Source: Malacoraja senta (Eukaryota). Taken from it: DNA of 20,000 bases. The notes under the pieces were generated by a model, which saw only the letters and a list, made by a program, of their open reading frames with translations, did no database searches and had not been told where the DNA came from. Position 1 is the stretch's first letter. Each line of letters opens with the position of its first letter. The position numbers and the translations under genes were made by a program. Of this stretch, positions 19,510-20,000 are shown in pieces. The stretch spans positions 52,011 through 72,010 of the forward strand of contig JAXLNO010000137.1 in NCBI GenBank assembly GCA_038087875.1, written 5' to 3'.

Positions 19510-19712
19510 AAGAAGAAGGTTGCTCAAAGGGGGTGGGTCTTATGCAGTGTTTTGAAGCAGGAATGAAAGGTAGAGAGATTTAAGGAGGAATTCAGAGATC
19601 TTAGGACCTTGGCTGGCTGCGTTGACAGAATCATTAGATTTAGTGATGATTAGGAGACCGTAATATGAGATGTCCAGATACCTCAGAAGGATATATAGAT
19701 GGAGGAGGTTGT
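19510..19712 (-). mobile_element. Possible old L2-like LINE remnant
   Basis: Purine-rich + strand resembling antisense L2 3' regions as I recall them. Heavily diverged. Confidence 0.35.
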
Positions 19713-19719
19713 GGGGTCA

Positions 19720-19990
19720 GGGATCCGATCCTGACTGCGGGTGCTGTCTGTACGGAGTTTGTACGTTCTCCCCGTGACCGCATGTGTTTTCTCCGAGATC
19801 TTCGGTTTCCTCCCACACTCTAAAAAGGTACAGGCTTGTAGGTTAATTGGTTAATTTGTATACTTGGTATAAGTGTAAATTGTCCCTCGTGTGTGTAGGC
19901 TTGTGTTAGTGCGCGGGGATCGCTGGTCGGTGCGGACTCGGAAGGCTGAAGGGCCTGTTTCCGCGCTGTATCTCTAAACTAAACTAAAAA
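19720..19990 (+). mobile_element. HE1-type SINE, 5'-truncated
   Basis: Starts in the B-box region. V-domain, GAAGGGCCTGTTTCCGCGCTGTATCTCT, (AAACT)n tail. Confidence 0.9.
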
Positions 19991-20000
19991 TCTGAACTGA

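Noticed and set aside
19124..19555. 143-aa ORF
   Set aside because: It starts inside a CR1 remnant at a non-ATG codon and shows no recognisable homology.

Overview
This is repeat-dense, apparently non-coding vertebrate DNA. The repeat set (HE1/V-SINE-type SINEs, several CR1-clade LINE subfamilies, Rex1/Babar-like and Tx1/L1-like fragments) points to a cartilaginous fish, probably a skate or ray; this is inference. I cannot support any host protein-coding exon. The long ORFs are microsatellite artefacts or retroelement remnants. The main observation is a short interspersed family at about 14 loci (roughly 3 kb) whose consensus carries a minimal type I hammerhead ribozyme (HHR) core, CTGAAGA-A-GGGT CTCG ACCC-GAAA-CG-TC, as known from Penelope-like element (PLE) termini. 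The copies form head-to-head palindromes joined at or near the ribozyme. Three loci share one inversion junction, 33-34 bp and 66 bp tandem units recur, and one composite copy has a 9-bp target-site duplication. Also present are nested retroposon insertions, an ~850 bp octamer array continuous with a CR1 3' tail, a (GGGCT)n array and an unassigned CpG-rich insert. Family names come from recalled consensus features, not a database search, and boundaries are approximate.
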